Below are positions 28,683-38,102 of a DNA stretch of 51,698 nt, one piece after another. The stretch's first letter is position 1. Each line of letters opens with the position of its first letter. The notes under the pieces were generated by a model. It made no database searches. It was not told the DNA's origin and worked only from the letters and a program-made list of their open reading frames with translations. A program made the position numbers and the translations under genes. The DNA is from Candidatus Eiseniibacteriota bacterium (lineage in GTDB: Bacteria; Eisenbacteria; RBG-16-71-46). The stretch spans positions 1-51,698 of the forward strand of contig JBGAOA010000030.1 of assembly GCA_044222065.1 (NCBI GenBank), read 5' to 3'.

Positions 28683-29561
28683 ATGATCCGCAGCATGACC
28701 GGCTACGGCTCGGCCGAGCTCGAGCGCGACGGCCAGCGCCTCACCGCCGAGATCCGATCGGTCAATCACCGCTACGCCGAAGTGTCCATCCGGGCGCCGC
28801 GCGCGGTGGCGCTGTTCGAGGACCAGGTCCGCCAGCTCATCCAGGAGAAGTTCTCGCGCGGCAAGTTCAACCTGACGATCGGCTGGAGCGGCGCGGGCGA
28901 ACAGGGCGAGGAGCTGAAGCTCAACGAACTCGTCGCCGACCGCTACGTCGCGCTGCTGCGCCAGATCCAGCAGCGCTACGGCCTCGAGGGCGGCGTGGAC
29001 GCGCGCACGCTCGCGCAGCTGCCCGACGTGTTCAGCTGGGAGCACAGCGCGCTCAGCGACGAGGAGACGTGGGCGCTCGTGAAGGCGGTCGTCGAGAAGG
29101 CGTGCGACAGCATGACCGCGATGAAGTCACGCGAGGGCGCGGCGCTCACCGCCGACCTCGAGGGCCGCCTCGCGATCGTGCGGCGCCACCTCGACCAGAT
29201 CTCGGAGCGCGCGCCGTTCCGCCCGATCGAGGCGAAAGAGCGCCTCATGGCGCGGCTGAAACCCCTGCTCGCCGACGTCGAGATCGATCCGGCGCGGCTC
29301 GCGCAGGAAGTGGCGCTCATGGCCGACCGGCTCGACTGCACCGAGGAGTGCGTGCGGCTGTCGGCGCACCTCGACCAGTTCCGTTCGCTGATCGAGGGGC
29401 CGGAACTCGCCGGGCGCAAGCTCAACTTCCTGCTGCAGGAGATGAACCGCGAGGCGAACACGATCGGCTCCAAGGCGAACGACGTCGAGATGCAGCACGC
29501 CGTGATCGCGATCAAGGAAGAGATCGAGCGCATCCGCGAACAAGTGCAGAACGTGGAGTGA
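28683..29561 (+). CDS. yicC: YicC/YloC family endoribonuclease
   Basis: MIRSMTGYG, EIRSVNHRY, GRKLNFLLQEMNREANTIGSK, EQVQNVE. Confidence 0.95.
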   Translation: MIRSMTGYGSAELERDGQRLTAEIRSVNHRYAEVSIRAPRAVALFEDQVRQLIQEKFSRGKFNLTIGWSGAGEQGEELKLNELVADRYVALLRQIQQRYGLEGGVDARTLAQLPDVFSWEHSALSDEETWALVKAVVEKACDSMTAMKSREGAALTADLEGRLAIVRRHLDQISERAPFRPIEAKERLMARLKPLLADVEIDPARLAQEVALMADRLDCTEECVRLSAHLDQFRSLIEGPELAGRKLNFLLQEMNREANTIGSKANDVEMQHAVIAIKEEIERIREQVQNVE

Positions 29562-30232
29562 CGGCGCCCGCCGCACTCCCGACCGCCGGAGATCCCGTGA
29601 CGACCCCCGATTCCCAGATCGCCCCCGAGCGCGCGTTCCGGTTCGAACGCGGCGGCTTCCTGCTCGTGCTCTCCGGCCCTTCCGGCGCCGGCAAGGGGAC
29701 GCTCGTGGACCGCCTGCTCTCGGCGCGGCCCGAGTGCCTGTTCTCGGTCTCGTGGACGACGCGTCCGCGGCGCACGACCGAGCAGGACGGCGTGCAGTAC
29801 CACTTCGTGACGAAGGAGCGCTTCGAGGACAACCGCACGCGCGGCGGCTTCCTCGAGACGGCCGAAGTGCACGGGCACTTCTACGGCACGCCCGTGGCGC
29901 CGGTGGACGAGGGGATCCGCGCGGGCCGAATCATGGTGCTCGACGTGGACGTGCAGGGCGGCGCGAGCGTGCGGAAACTGCGGCCGGACGGGGTGTCGGT
30001 GTTCATCATGCCGCCGAGCGTGGACGCGTTGCGGCAGCGGCTGCTCGGCCGCGCGACCGACGCCGCCGACGTCGTCGAGCGCCGGCTCAAGAACGCGCCG
30101 GGCGAGATCGCGCAGTACTCCGAGTACCAGTACCTCGTCGTCAACGACCACCTGGAGGCCGCCGTCGCGCGCCTCGTCGCAATCGTGGACGCCGAACGCG
30201 CGCGAGTGAACCGCATGCGCGTCGTCCTCTAG
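29558..30232 (+). CDS. gmk: Guanylate kinase (start GTG 29558 or 29597)
   Basis: VLSGPSGAGKGT, SVSWTTRPRR, EVHGHFYGT, LDVDVQGG, FIMPPS. Confidence 0.95.
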   Translation: MTAPAALPTAGDPVTTPDSQIAPERAFRFERGGFLLVLSGPSGAGKGTLVDRLLSARPECLFSVSWTTRPRRTTEQDGVQYHFVTKERFEDNRTRGGFLETAEVHGHFYGTPVAPVDEGIRAGRIMVLDVDVQGGASVRKLRPDGVSVFIMPPSVDALRQRLLGRATDAADVVERRLKNAPGEIAQYSEYQYLVVNDHLEAAVARLVAIVDAERARVNRMRVVL

Positions 30233-30413
30233 CCTCCGCGCGCGCTCCGCCCGCGAATGGCGCGGCGGCCCGCGCTTCGACTAAGATGCCCGGCCTCGCG
30301 GCGGCCCCCGGTCGCCGACGGCCTCACGAGACTTCCCGCGCGCACGACGCGCGCTCGCACGAGCGGCCGGGGATCCGGTCCAGCCCACTCCTTATAAAGA
30401 GGAGAAGTCCCGA

Positions 30414-30620
30414 ATGAAGCTTGCTTCTCTGGTTCCGCCGCCGGGGTCCTCGAAGTACGAGATCTGCATCGTCGCCGCGCGCGAAGCGCGCCGGCTGAAC
30501 GAATGGGCGCGCCAGTCCGGCCAGACGCTGCCGGGCAAGGTGACGTCGGTCGCGCTCGAACGCGTGATCCACGGCGAAGTCCCCTACGACTACAGCGACG
30601 CCCCTCCGGCGCAGGAGTAG
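30414..30620 (+). CDS. rpoZ: RNA polymerase omega subunit
   Basis: SKYEICIVAAREARRLN...KVTSVALE; canonical position between gmk and coaBC; GAGGAG RBS. Confidence 0.85.
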   Translation: MKLASLVPPPGSSKYEICIVAAREARRLNEWARQSGQTLPGKVTSVALERVIHGEVPYDYSDAPPAQE

Positions 30621-30626
30621 TTCCTC

Positions 30627-31910
30627 GTGGCGGAAGGTCGCACCATCGTCGTCGGCGTGTCCGGCGGCATCGCGGCCTACAAGGCCTGCGAGTTGGTGCG
30701 GAACTTCCGGACGCGCGGCCACGCCGTCGTCGTCGTGATGACGGCGGCCGCGACCGAGTTCGTGACGCCGCTGACGTTCCAGGCCCTGTCCGGCAATCCG
30801 GTCGTGTCCGGCCTGTGGGGCAACCAGCGCCCCGGCTTCCAGCTGCCGATCGCGTCGGGCCGACGCGTGCGCGGCCGCGTCGAGCACATCGACGTCGCCG
30901 AGGCCGCCGACGCGATCGTGATCGCGCCCGCGACCGCGGACCTGATCGCGCGCCTCGTGCACGGGCTCGCACCCGACGCGCTCACGTCCATCGCGCTCGC
31001 GATCCGCGCGCCGCTCGTCGTCGCGCCGGCGATGGACCTCGAGATGTGGCGCAACCCGGCGACGCAGGCGAACGTCGCGGAGCTGCGCGCGCGCGGCGCG
31101 AGGATCGTCGGTCCCGAGAGCGGCCCGCTCGCTTCGGGGCTCATCGGCCCGGGCCGTCTCGCGAGCATCGAGGCGATCGCCGACGAGGTCGAGCGTGCGC
31201 TCGTGCGGCGCGCGAGCCTCGAAGGCCTTCGCGTCGCGATCGGCGCCGGGCGCACGGAGGAGCCGCTCGACCCCGTGCGCGTGCTCACGAACCGCTCGAG
31301 CGGACGCATGGGCTTCGCGCTCGCCGAGGCCGCGCGCGACCGCGGCGCGAACGTGACGCTCGTCGCGGGGCCCGCGAACCTCGAGCCGCCGCACGGCGTG
31401 GACGTGACGCGCGTCACGACGGCGGCCGAGATGGAGAAGGCGATGCTCGCCGCGTCGGCGCGCGCCGACGTCGTGATCATGGCGGCGGCGGTCGCGGACT
31501 ACCGGCCGAAGCGCGCCTCCAAGGAGAAGCTCAAGCGCTCCGCGGCGCCGCTCACGATCGCGCTCGAACCGAACCCGGACGTGCTCGCGGCGTGCGCGTC
31601 GCGCCGTCGCCCCGGGCAGACGTTCGTGGGCTTCGCGCTCGAGACCTCGCAGGGCGTGGCGCGCGCGCGCGCGAAGCTCGCGTCGAAGGGCGTGGACCTC
31701 GTCGCCCTCAACTCGCCCGCGGACGGCATCGGACGCGAGACGAACGTCGTGACGCTCGTCGAGCCGAAGCGCGCGACGAAGCTCCCGGAACAGTCGAAGC
31801 GCGAGGTCGCCGAGGCGATCCTGGACCGCGTGCTGGAGCTGCGGGGCGCGCGAAGGCCCGCGACGGCGCGGCGTGCGCGCACGGGACGCAAGGCGAGGGC
31901 GAAGCGATGA
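30627..31910 (+). CDS. coaBC: Bifunctional phosphopantothenoylcysteine decarboxylase/ligase
   Basis: GVSGGIAAYKA, IAPATAD, APAMD, EPLDPVRVLTNRSSGRMG, AAAVADYRP, VGFALET. Confidence 0.96.
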   Translation: MAEGRTIVVGVSGGIAAYKACELVRNFRTRGHAVVVVMTAAATEFVTPLTFQALSGNPVVSGLWGNQRPGFQLPIASGRRVRGRVEHIDVAEAADAIVIAPATADLIARLVHGLAPDALTSIALAIRAPLVVAPAMDLEMWRNPATQANVAELRARGARIVGPESGPLASGLIGPGRLASIEAIADEVERALVRRASLEGLRVAIGAGRTEEPLDPVRVLTNRSSGRMGFALAEAARDRGANVTLVAGPANLEPPHGVDVTRVTTAAEMEKAMLAASARADVVIMAAAVADYRPKRASKEKLKRSAAPLTIALEPNPDVLAACASRRRPGQTFVGFALETSQGVARARAKLASKGVDLVALNSPADGIGRETNVVTLVEPKRATKLPEQSKREVAEAILDRVLELRGARRPATARRARTGRKARAKR

Positions 31911-32919
31911 GCGAGCGCGACGAAGGGCGGCGATCGCGGGCGCGCGCGCCGCACGATCGAGGCGAGCGCGCCGCGGGCCGCGGCGAATTAGCCAGGTGCG
32001 CGCGGCCCGCCCGGCGCGCGCCCCGGGCGCTCCGCGCGAAACGGCGTCGGTCGCGACGCCGCGCGAGACCCCGGCCGCGCCCGTCGTGCGCGAAACGTCG
32101 CCCGAGGCCGTCACTGCCGTCGCCGCCGTGGCCGAACGTCCGTCGTCCGCGCCGGCCTCCGCCGTGTTCGAGGCGCCCGCCGACAAGGACCTGTTCGGCA
32201 ACGAAGTCGTGCGGCCGCGCTCGGACGAGCCCGAACTCGTGGACGAGACGACGCTGCCGCTGCCGCCGATCCACGCGCCGCTCCATCCGATCGGCGACGC
32301 GCGCGAGGCGATCCTCGGCGCATCGCTGTCCGTGCTCGAGCAGGTCGCGGCCGAGGCGCGCGCGTGCGCGAAGTGCGGACTGTGCGAGACGCGCACGAAG
32401 GCCGTGCCGGGGGTGGGCTCGGCGCGCACCGGCATCGTGTTCGTCGGCGAGGCGCCGGGCGCGGACGAAGACGCGCAGGGCGAGCCGTTCGTCGGTCGCG
32501 CGGGCCAGTTGCTCACTCAGATGATCAAGGGCATGAACGACCGCGGGCTCGTGCCGGGCGTGCCGCTCAACCGCGAGTCCGTGTACATCTGTAACGTGCT
32601 CAAGTGCCGGCCGCCCGAGAACCGCAATCCGCTGCCGCACGAAGTCGAGCAGTGCTCGCCCTACCTGATGCGCCAGCTCGAGGCGCTGAGGCCGCGCGTG
32701 ATCTGCTGCCTCGGCAAGTTCGCCGCCGAGCTGCTGGTCGGCGCGAAGGGCACGATCGCGAGCCTGCGCGGCAAGACGTATCGCTGGGGCGGCGCGAAAC
32801 TCATCGTGACGTATCATCCCGCCGCGCTGCTCCGGAACCCCGGGTGGAAGCAGCCGGCGTGGGAAGACCTGCAGCGGCTCGCGCGCGAGTACCTCGCCGA
32901 CGGCCCGCTCAACGCCTGA
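31907..32919 (+). CDS. Uracil-DNA glycosylase family 4 (Fe-S); start uncertain, likely frameshift in the low-complexity N-terminal part
   Basis: CAKCGLC, VFVGEAPGADED.QGEPFVGRAGQLL, ICNVLKCRPPENRNP, TYHPAALLRNP; ATG 31907 is out of frame with the catalytic domain. Confidence 0.88.
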
Positions 32920-32965
32920 CGCGGCGCGCGCGGCGCGACGACGCAGGAGCGAAGGGGTAGCGACG

Positions 32966-35614
32966 ATGACGGACATGCTGACCCGCCCGCCGGGCGCCGC
33001 GCCGGACGGGCCGACTCCGCCGCAGGCGCTCGACGCCGAGCGCGCCGTGCTGTCGGCGCTGCTGCTCGAGAACGAGGCGATCGGGCGCGCGCTCGAACAC
33101 CTCGAGCCGTCCGCGTTCTACCGCGTCGCGCACCAGAAGATCTACGCCGCGGTCATCGCGCTCTTCAACCGCAACGAGAACGCCGACCTCGTCACGGTGA
33201 CGGAGGAGCTGCGCAAGCGCGGCGAGCTCGAGGCGATCGGCGGCCCTTCGGCGCTCGCGCAGCTCATGGACTACGCGACGACGACCGCGAACCTCGACTC
33301 GCACATCAAGATCATCCACTCGAAGGCGATCCTGCGCTCGCTCATCACGTCGGCGCGCGAGATCCAGGAAGAGGCGTTCGCCGGCAGCGACGAGACGTCG
33401 CAGATCCTCGACCGCGCCGAGGCGCGCATCTTCGCGATCACCGACCAGCGCGTGCGCGAGGGGTTCGTCGCGCTCAAGGACCTGCTGAAGCCGGCGTTCG
33501 AGCACATCCAGCACCTGTTCGAGCGCAAGGTGCTCGTCACGGGCGTCGACACCGGCTACGACGACCTCAACAAGATGACGGCCGGCCTCCAGAACAGCGA
33601 CCTCGTGATCCTCGCGGGGAGGCCCTCGATGGGGAAGTGCCTCACGGCGGGCACGCTGATCGACGACCCGGACACCGGCGAGCGCGTCACGATCGAGCGC
33701 TACGTCCGTGAGCGCCGCCCGCGCGTCTTCGGTGTGAACCGCCACGGCCGCGTGCGCAAGACGGCGGTCGGCGCGTGGATCGACAGCGGCGTGAAGCCGG
33801 CGTTCCGCGTGCGCACCCGCCTCGGCCGCGAGGTCGAGGTCACCGGGCACCACCCGTTCCTCACGACGGGTGGCTGGCGCCCGCTCCACGATCTCGCGAT
33901 CGGCGCGCGCATCGGGGTGCCCCGGCGTGTCGGCGCGTTCGGCACCGACCGGTCGTGGTCTCCGCAACGTGCTCGCCTGCTCGCGTACTTCATCGCGGAA
34001 GGCGGGCTCACCGGCGGCTGCCCGCAGTTCACGAACACCGATCCGCTGCTGCTCGCCGACTTCGACCTGTGCCTCGCGCAGGAGTTCCCCGACGTCGCGA
34101 CGAAGGACGCGGGCGACGGCATCACGTGGCGCGTGGCATTGCGGCCCGATCTGCGTCGCGAGCGCAATGGCGAGAACGCGAATCCCGTGACCGCATGGCT
34201 GCGTTCGCTGGGACTCATGGGCAAGCGATCCGACGAGAAGCGCGTGCCGGAGGCCGTGTGGCGCCTCGAGCGCGGACGGCTCGCGGGGTTTCTGCGCACG
34301 CTCTTGAGCTGCGACGGGACGGTGTACTCGATGAGCGGGTACCCGCGCATCGAATTCACGGTGGCCTCGCCCGAGCTCGCGCAGGACGTGCAGCACCTGC
34401 TGACTCGATTCGGAATCGTGTCCAAGCTGTGGCGCAAGACCGAACGGTCGTGGCGCGTGGAGATCACCGAGCCCGAATCCGTCGCCGACTACTACCGGGA
34501 GATCGGGTGGAACGGTGAGAAGTCGGGCCGGTTCTCGCCGTTGCTCGTCGCGATCGATGCGAGGGCCCGCCACGCGGTCGCGGGGAATGCCGAACCCGAG
34601 ACCTGGGCGCTCGTGCGCACGGCCGCGAGCGCTCGCGGTCTCTCGCTCGCCGAAGCGGCGCGCGCCGCCGGCGAGCCCGTCGCTCGCGGCTGCAACTTGC
34701 ACGTTCGACGGGGCATCACTCGCGGCCGACTCGCGCGATTCGCCGACACGCTGCGGTCGCCGGAACTGCGCCGCGCGTCGAGTCCCGACCTCTACTGGGA
34801 CGAAATCGTCGCGATCGAGCCGCTGGGTCCGCAGCAGGTCTACGACCTCACGGTGCCCGACGGCTCGAACTTCATCGCCGCCGACGTCTGCGTGCACAAC
34901 ACGTCGTTTGCGCTGAACCTCGCCGAGAACGCCGCGATCCGGGCGCGCGTGCCGGTTGCGGTGTTCTCGCTCGAAATGAGCAAGGAGCAGCTCGTGCAGC
35001 GCCTGCTGTGCTCGCAGGCGGAAGTGCCGCTGCACCGGCTCCGCAACGGGCACCTGTCGAACGAGGACTGGCCGCGCCTCACGACCGCGGCCGGACTGCT
35101 CACGCAGGCGCCGATCATGATCGACGATTCGTCGGCGCTCACGGTGATGGAGGTGCGCGCGAAGTGCCGCCGGCTCAAGGCCGAGGGCAAGCTCGGCCTG
35201 CTCGTCATCGACTACCTGCAGCTGCTGCGCGGACACATGCCGGCCGAGAACCGCGTGCAGGAGATCTCGACGATCACGCGCAACCTGAAGGCGCTCGCGA
35301 AGGAACTCGGCGTACCGATCGTCGCGCTGTCGCAGCTCTCGCGGCAGGTCGAGACGCGCGACAAGTCGGGCCGCCCGCAGCTCAGCGACCTGCGCGAGTC
35401 GGGCTCGATCGAGCAGGACGCGGACGTCGTGATGTTCGTGTACCGCGAGGTCGTCTACAACCGCGACACGCCCGAGCCGGGCAAGGCGCAGATCATCATC
35501 GCGAAGCAGCGCAACGGCCCGACCGGCGAAGTGGACCTGACGTTCCTGCGCGAGTGCACGAAGTTCGTGCCGTACAGTCCGCTCATGCCGGACGACGTCG
35601 GCCCCGGCTTCTGA
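32966..35614 (+). CDS. dnaB: Replicative DNA helicase with intein
   Basis: PPQALDAERAVL, LAGRPSMGK|intein|TSFALN, FSLEMS, IDYLQL, LSQLSRQVE, LSDLRESGSIEQDAD, KQRNGPTG. Confidence 0.97.
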   Translation: MTDMLTRPPGAAPDGPTPPQALDAERAVLSALLLENEAIGRALEHLEPSAFYRVAHQKIYAAVIALFNRNENADLVTVTEELRKRGELEAIGGPSALAQLMDYATTTANLDSHIKIIHSKAILRSLITSAREIQEEAFAGSDETSQILDRAEARIFAITDQRVREGFVALKDLLKPAFEHIQHLFERKVLVTGVDTGYDDLNKMTAGLQNSDLVILAGRPSMGKCLTAGTLIDDPDTGERVTIERYVRERRPRVFGVNRHGRVRKTAVGAWIDSGVKPAFRVRTRLGREVEVTGHHPFLTTGGWRPLHDLAIGARIGVPRRVGAFGTDRSWSPQRARLLAYFIAEGGLTGGCPQFTNTDPLLLADFDLCLAQEFPDVATKDAGDGITWRVALRPDLRRERNGENANPVTAWLRSLGLMGKRSDEKRVPEAVWRLERGRLAGFLRTLLSCDGTVYSMSGYPRIEFTVASPELAQDVQHLLTRFGIVSKLWRKTERSWRVEITEPESVADYYREIGWNGEKSGRFSPLLVAIDARARHAVAGNAEPETWALVRTAASARGLSLAEAARAAGEPVARGCNLHVRRGITRGRLARFADTLRSPELRRASSPDLYWDEIVAIEPLGPQQVYDLTVPDGSNFIAADVCVHNTSFALNLAENAAIRARVPVAVFSLEMSKEQLVQRLLCSQAEVPLHRLRNGHLSNEDWPRLTTAAGLLTQAPIMIDDSSALTVMEVRAKCRRLKAEGKLGLLVIDYLQLLRGHMPAENRVQEISTITRNLKALAKELGVPIVALSQLSRQVETRDKSGRPQLSDLRESGSIEQDADVVMFVYREVVYNRDTPEPGKAQIIIAKQRNGPTGEVDLTFLRECTKFVPYSPLMPDDVGPGF
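33638..34900 (+). mobile_element. Intein (421 aa) with LAGLIDADG homing endonuclease, inserted in the DnaB Walker A loop
   Basis: Starts CLTAGTLI, block B TGHHPFL, LAGLIDADG-like LLAYFIAEGG and FLRTLLSCDG, block F VYDLTV, ends VHN followed by Thr. Confidence 0.95.
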
Positions 35615-35615
35615 C

Positions 35616-36416
35616 ATGGTCGAGGAACTCGCGCTCCGCGGGTACGCGTACGCGCGCCGTCGCGCGCTCGACGGCTTCGCCGAGGTCGGCCGCATCGCGC
35701 TGCTCGTCGGCGACACGTTCCGCTACTCGGGGCGCGGCCTGCGTTCGTTCGGCCTGACGATCCAGCAGATGTCGTCCATCGGCGTGGACTCGCTGTGGCT
35801 CGTGTTCGTCGTGAGCCTGTTCACGGGCGCGGTCGCGGCGGTGCAGGCGGCGTATCAGTTCTCGACCGTCGTGCCGCTCAAGTACATCGGCTCCGTGATC
35901 CTGCGCTCGGTGATCATCGAACTCGGCCCGGTGCTCACGGCGCTCATCGTCGGCGGCCGCGTCGGCGCGTCCATCGCGGCCGAGCTCGGCACGATGAAGG
36001 TGACGGAACAGATCGACGCGCTCGAGGCGATGGCGGTCAACCCGGTGCGCTTCCTCGTCGTGCCGCGCGTCGCGGCCGCGCTGATCATGCTGCCCGTACT
36101 CACGGTGTTCGCGAACGCGATCGCGATCTTCGGCGGCTTCGTCGTGTCGGTGACGAGCATCGGCGTGAGCCCGCACACGTACGTCGTCGGGCTCCAGCAG
36201 TTCTTCTTCCTCAAGGACCTGTGGTCGGGCCTCATCAAGGCGCTGTTCTTCGGCGGCATCATCGGCTGGATGGGGTGCTACTACGGCTTCCGCACCGAAG
36301 GCGGCGCCGAGGGCGTCGGCATCGCGACGACGCGCGCCGTCGTCGCCTCGTGCGTGCTCGTGCTCATCAGCGACTACGTGCTCGCGAACGTCCTCTTCCG
36401 GTTCATCTTCTCGTGA
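35616..36416 (+). CDS. mlaE: MlaE family lipid ABC transporter permease
   Basis: ELGPVLTALIVGGRVGASIAAELGTMKVTEQIDALE, GGAEGVGIATT. Confidence 0.93.
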   Translation: MVEELALRGYAYARRRALDGFAEVGRIALLVGDTFRYSGRGLRSFGLTIQQMSSIGVDSLWLVFVVSLFTGAVAAVQAAYQFSTVVPLKYIGSVILRSVIIELGPVLTALIVGGRVGASIAAELGTMKVTEQIDALEAMAVNPVRFLVVPRVAAALIMLPVLTVFANAIAIFGGFVVSVTSIGVSPHTYVVGLQQFFFLKDLWSGLIKALFFGGIIGWMGCYYGFRTEGGAEGVGIATTRAVVASCVLVLISDYVLANVLFRFIFS

Positions 36417-37159
36417 TCCGGATCCGCGGCCTCCGCAAGCGTCTCGGCGAGCGCCAGGTCCTGAACGGCGTGGACCTCGACATCGAGAAGGGCGAGAGCA
36501 TCGTCGTCATGGGCCGCAGCGGCACCGGAAAGAGCGTGCTCCTCAAGCACATCGTCGGTCTCATGGTGCCGGACGAGGGCACGATCGAAGTGGACGGCGA
36601 GCAGGTCGTCGGCATGCCGGTGCGCCAGCTCAACGAAGTGCGCAAGAAGTTCGGCTTCCTGTTCCAGGGCGCCGCGCTCTTCGACTCGATGACCGTGGCC
36701 GAGAACGTCGGGCTGCCGCTGCGCGAGCACCAGCGCATGCCGGCGAACGAGATCCGCGAGCGCGTGCGCGAGCGGCTCGAGTGGGTGGGGCTCCAGGGCG
36801 TCGAGGCGATGAAGCCGGCTTCGCTCTCGGGCGGCATGCGCAAGCGCGTCGGGCTCGCGCGCGCGATCGTCATGAACCCCGAGTTCGTGCTCTACGACGA
36901 GCCGACGACCGGGCTCGACCCGATCATGGCCGACGTCATCGACCAGCTGATCCGCGCGCTGCAGCAGCGGCTCGGCGTCACGTCCATCGTCGTCACGCAC
37001 GACATGACGAGCGCGTACAAGGTGGGCGACCGGCTCGCGATGCTGCACGAGGGCAAGGTCGTGTTCACGGGCACTCCGGACGAGATCCGCGGCACGTCGA
37101 ATCCGCTCGTCCGTCAGTTCGTCGAAGGGTCGAGCGTCGGCCCGATCCAACCGGTCTGA
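36413..37159 (+). CDS. mlaF: MlaF family ABC transporter ATP-binding protein
   Basis: GTG overlapping mlaE stop; GRSGTGKS, LSGGMRKRVGLARA, YDEPTTGLDP, VTHD. Confidence 0.92.
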   Translation: MIRIRGLRKRLGERQVLNGVDLDIEKGESIVVMGRSGTGKSVLLKHIVGLMVPDEGTIEVDGEQVVGMPVRQLNEVRKKFGFLFQGAALFDSMTVAENVGLPLREHQRMPANEIRERVRERLEWVGLQGVEAMKPASLSGGMRKRVGLARAIVMNPEFVLYDEPTTGLDPIMADVIDQLIRALQQRLGVTSIVVTHDMTSAYKVGDRLAMLHEGKVVFTGTPDEIRGTSNPLVRQFVEGSSVGPIQPV

Positions 37160-37172
37160 AGAAGGGAAGGGC

Positions 37173-38066
37173 ATGAGTCGTCGAACGGAAGTGCGCGTCG
37201 GCATCACCGTCCTCGCGGCGCTCGCGATCCTGCTGTGGGGCGTGACGTGGCTGAAGGAACTGTCGCTCGCGCGCCAGGTGAAGGTGTGGAAGGTGCGCTT
37301 CGAGCAGACGGGAGGGCTCGGCGCGAGCGACGAGGTGCAGGTGAACGGCATCCGCAAGGGCTCCGTCGCGGCGATCCACCTCGCGGGCGACCAGGTGATC
37401 GTGGACCTCGGACTCGCCTCGGACGTGACGCTGACGCGCGACTCGCGCGTCGCGATCCGCAACGTGGGCCTGATGGGCGAAAAGGTGATCGCCGTGGACC
37501 TGAAGGCCACGGGCGCGCCGTACGGCGCGAACGACACGATCCCCGGGATCTACGAGAAGGGCATTCCCGAGGTGATGGCGGCGATGGGCGACGCGGTTGG
37601 CACGATCCAGCAGCTCACGAACCAGCTGCAGACGGTCGCCGACGCGATGAACAAGAACGGCGACTTCTCCGCGGTGATGAAGAACGTCAAGACGACGAGC
37701 GAGGAGCTGAAGCAGGCGGCGATCGAGAACCGCAAGGCGCTCAAGCTCACGGTCGAGAACTTCGCGGCGGTGTCGAAGACGGCGAAGTCGCTCACGGCCG
37801 ACCGCGAAGGTGAACTGCGCGCGGCGCTCGCGCACTTCGAATCCGCCGCCGAGAAGTTCGACCGGATGTCGAACCGCATCGACTCGCTGCGCGCCACGAT
37901 CCAGAACGTCTCGAACAAGGTGGACCGCGGCCAGGGCACGCTCGGAAAGCTCGTGAACGACGACCAGGTGTACGTCGAGACGCGCGCGGCGGTCGCCGAA
38001 CTCAAGGCGCTGATCGCGGACATCAAGGCGAATCCGAAGAAGTACCTGACGGTGAAGATCTTCTAG
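37173..38066 (+). CDS. mlaD: MlaD/MCE family protein
   Basis: EVRVG N-terminal anchor, GGL...VQVNGIRKGSV, GLMGEK, coiled-coil, GQGTLGKLVND, NPKKY. Confidence 0.88.
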   Translation: MSRRTEVRVGITVLAALAILLWGVTWLKELSLARQVKVWKVRFEQTGGLGASDEVQVNGIRKGSVAAIHLAGDQVIVDLGLASDVTLTRDSRVAIRNVGLMGEKVIAVDLKATGAPYGANDTIPGIYEKGIPEVMAAMGDAVGTIQQLTNQLQTVADAMNKNGDFSAVMKNVKTTSEELKQAAIENRKALKLTVENFAAVSKTAKSLTADREGELRAALAHFESAAEKFDRMSNRIDSLRATIQNVSNKVDRGQGTLGKLVNDDQVYVETRAAVAELKALIADIKANPKKYLTVKIF

Positions 38067-38102
38067 GTCAGCGACGACCGCTCCCGGGAACGGAACTCGG
38101 AC

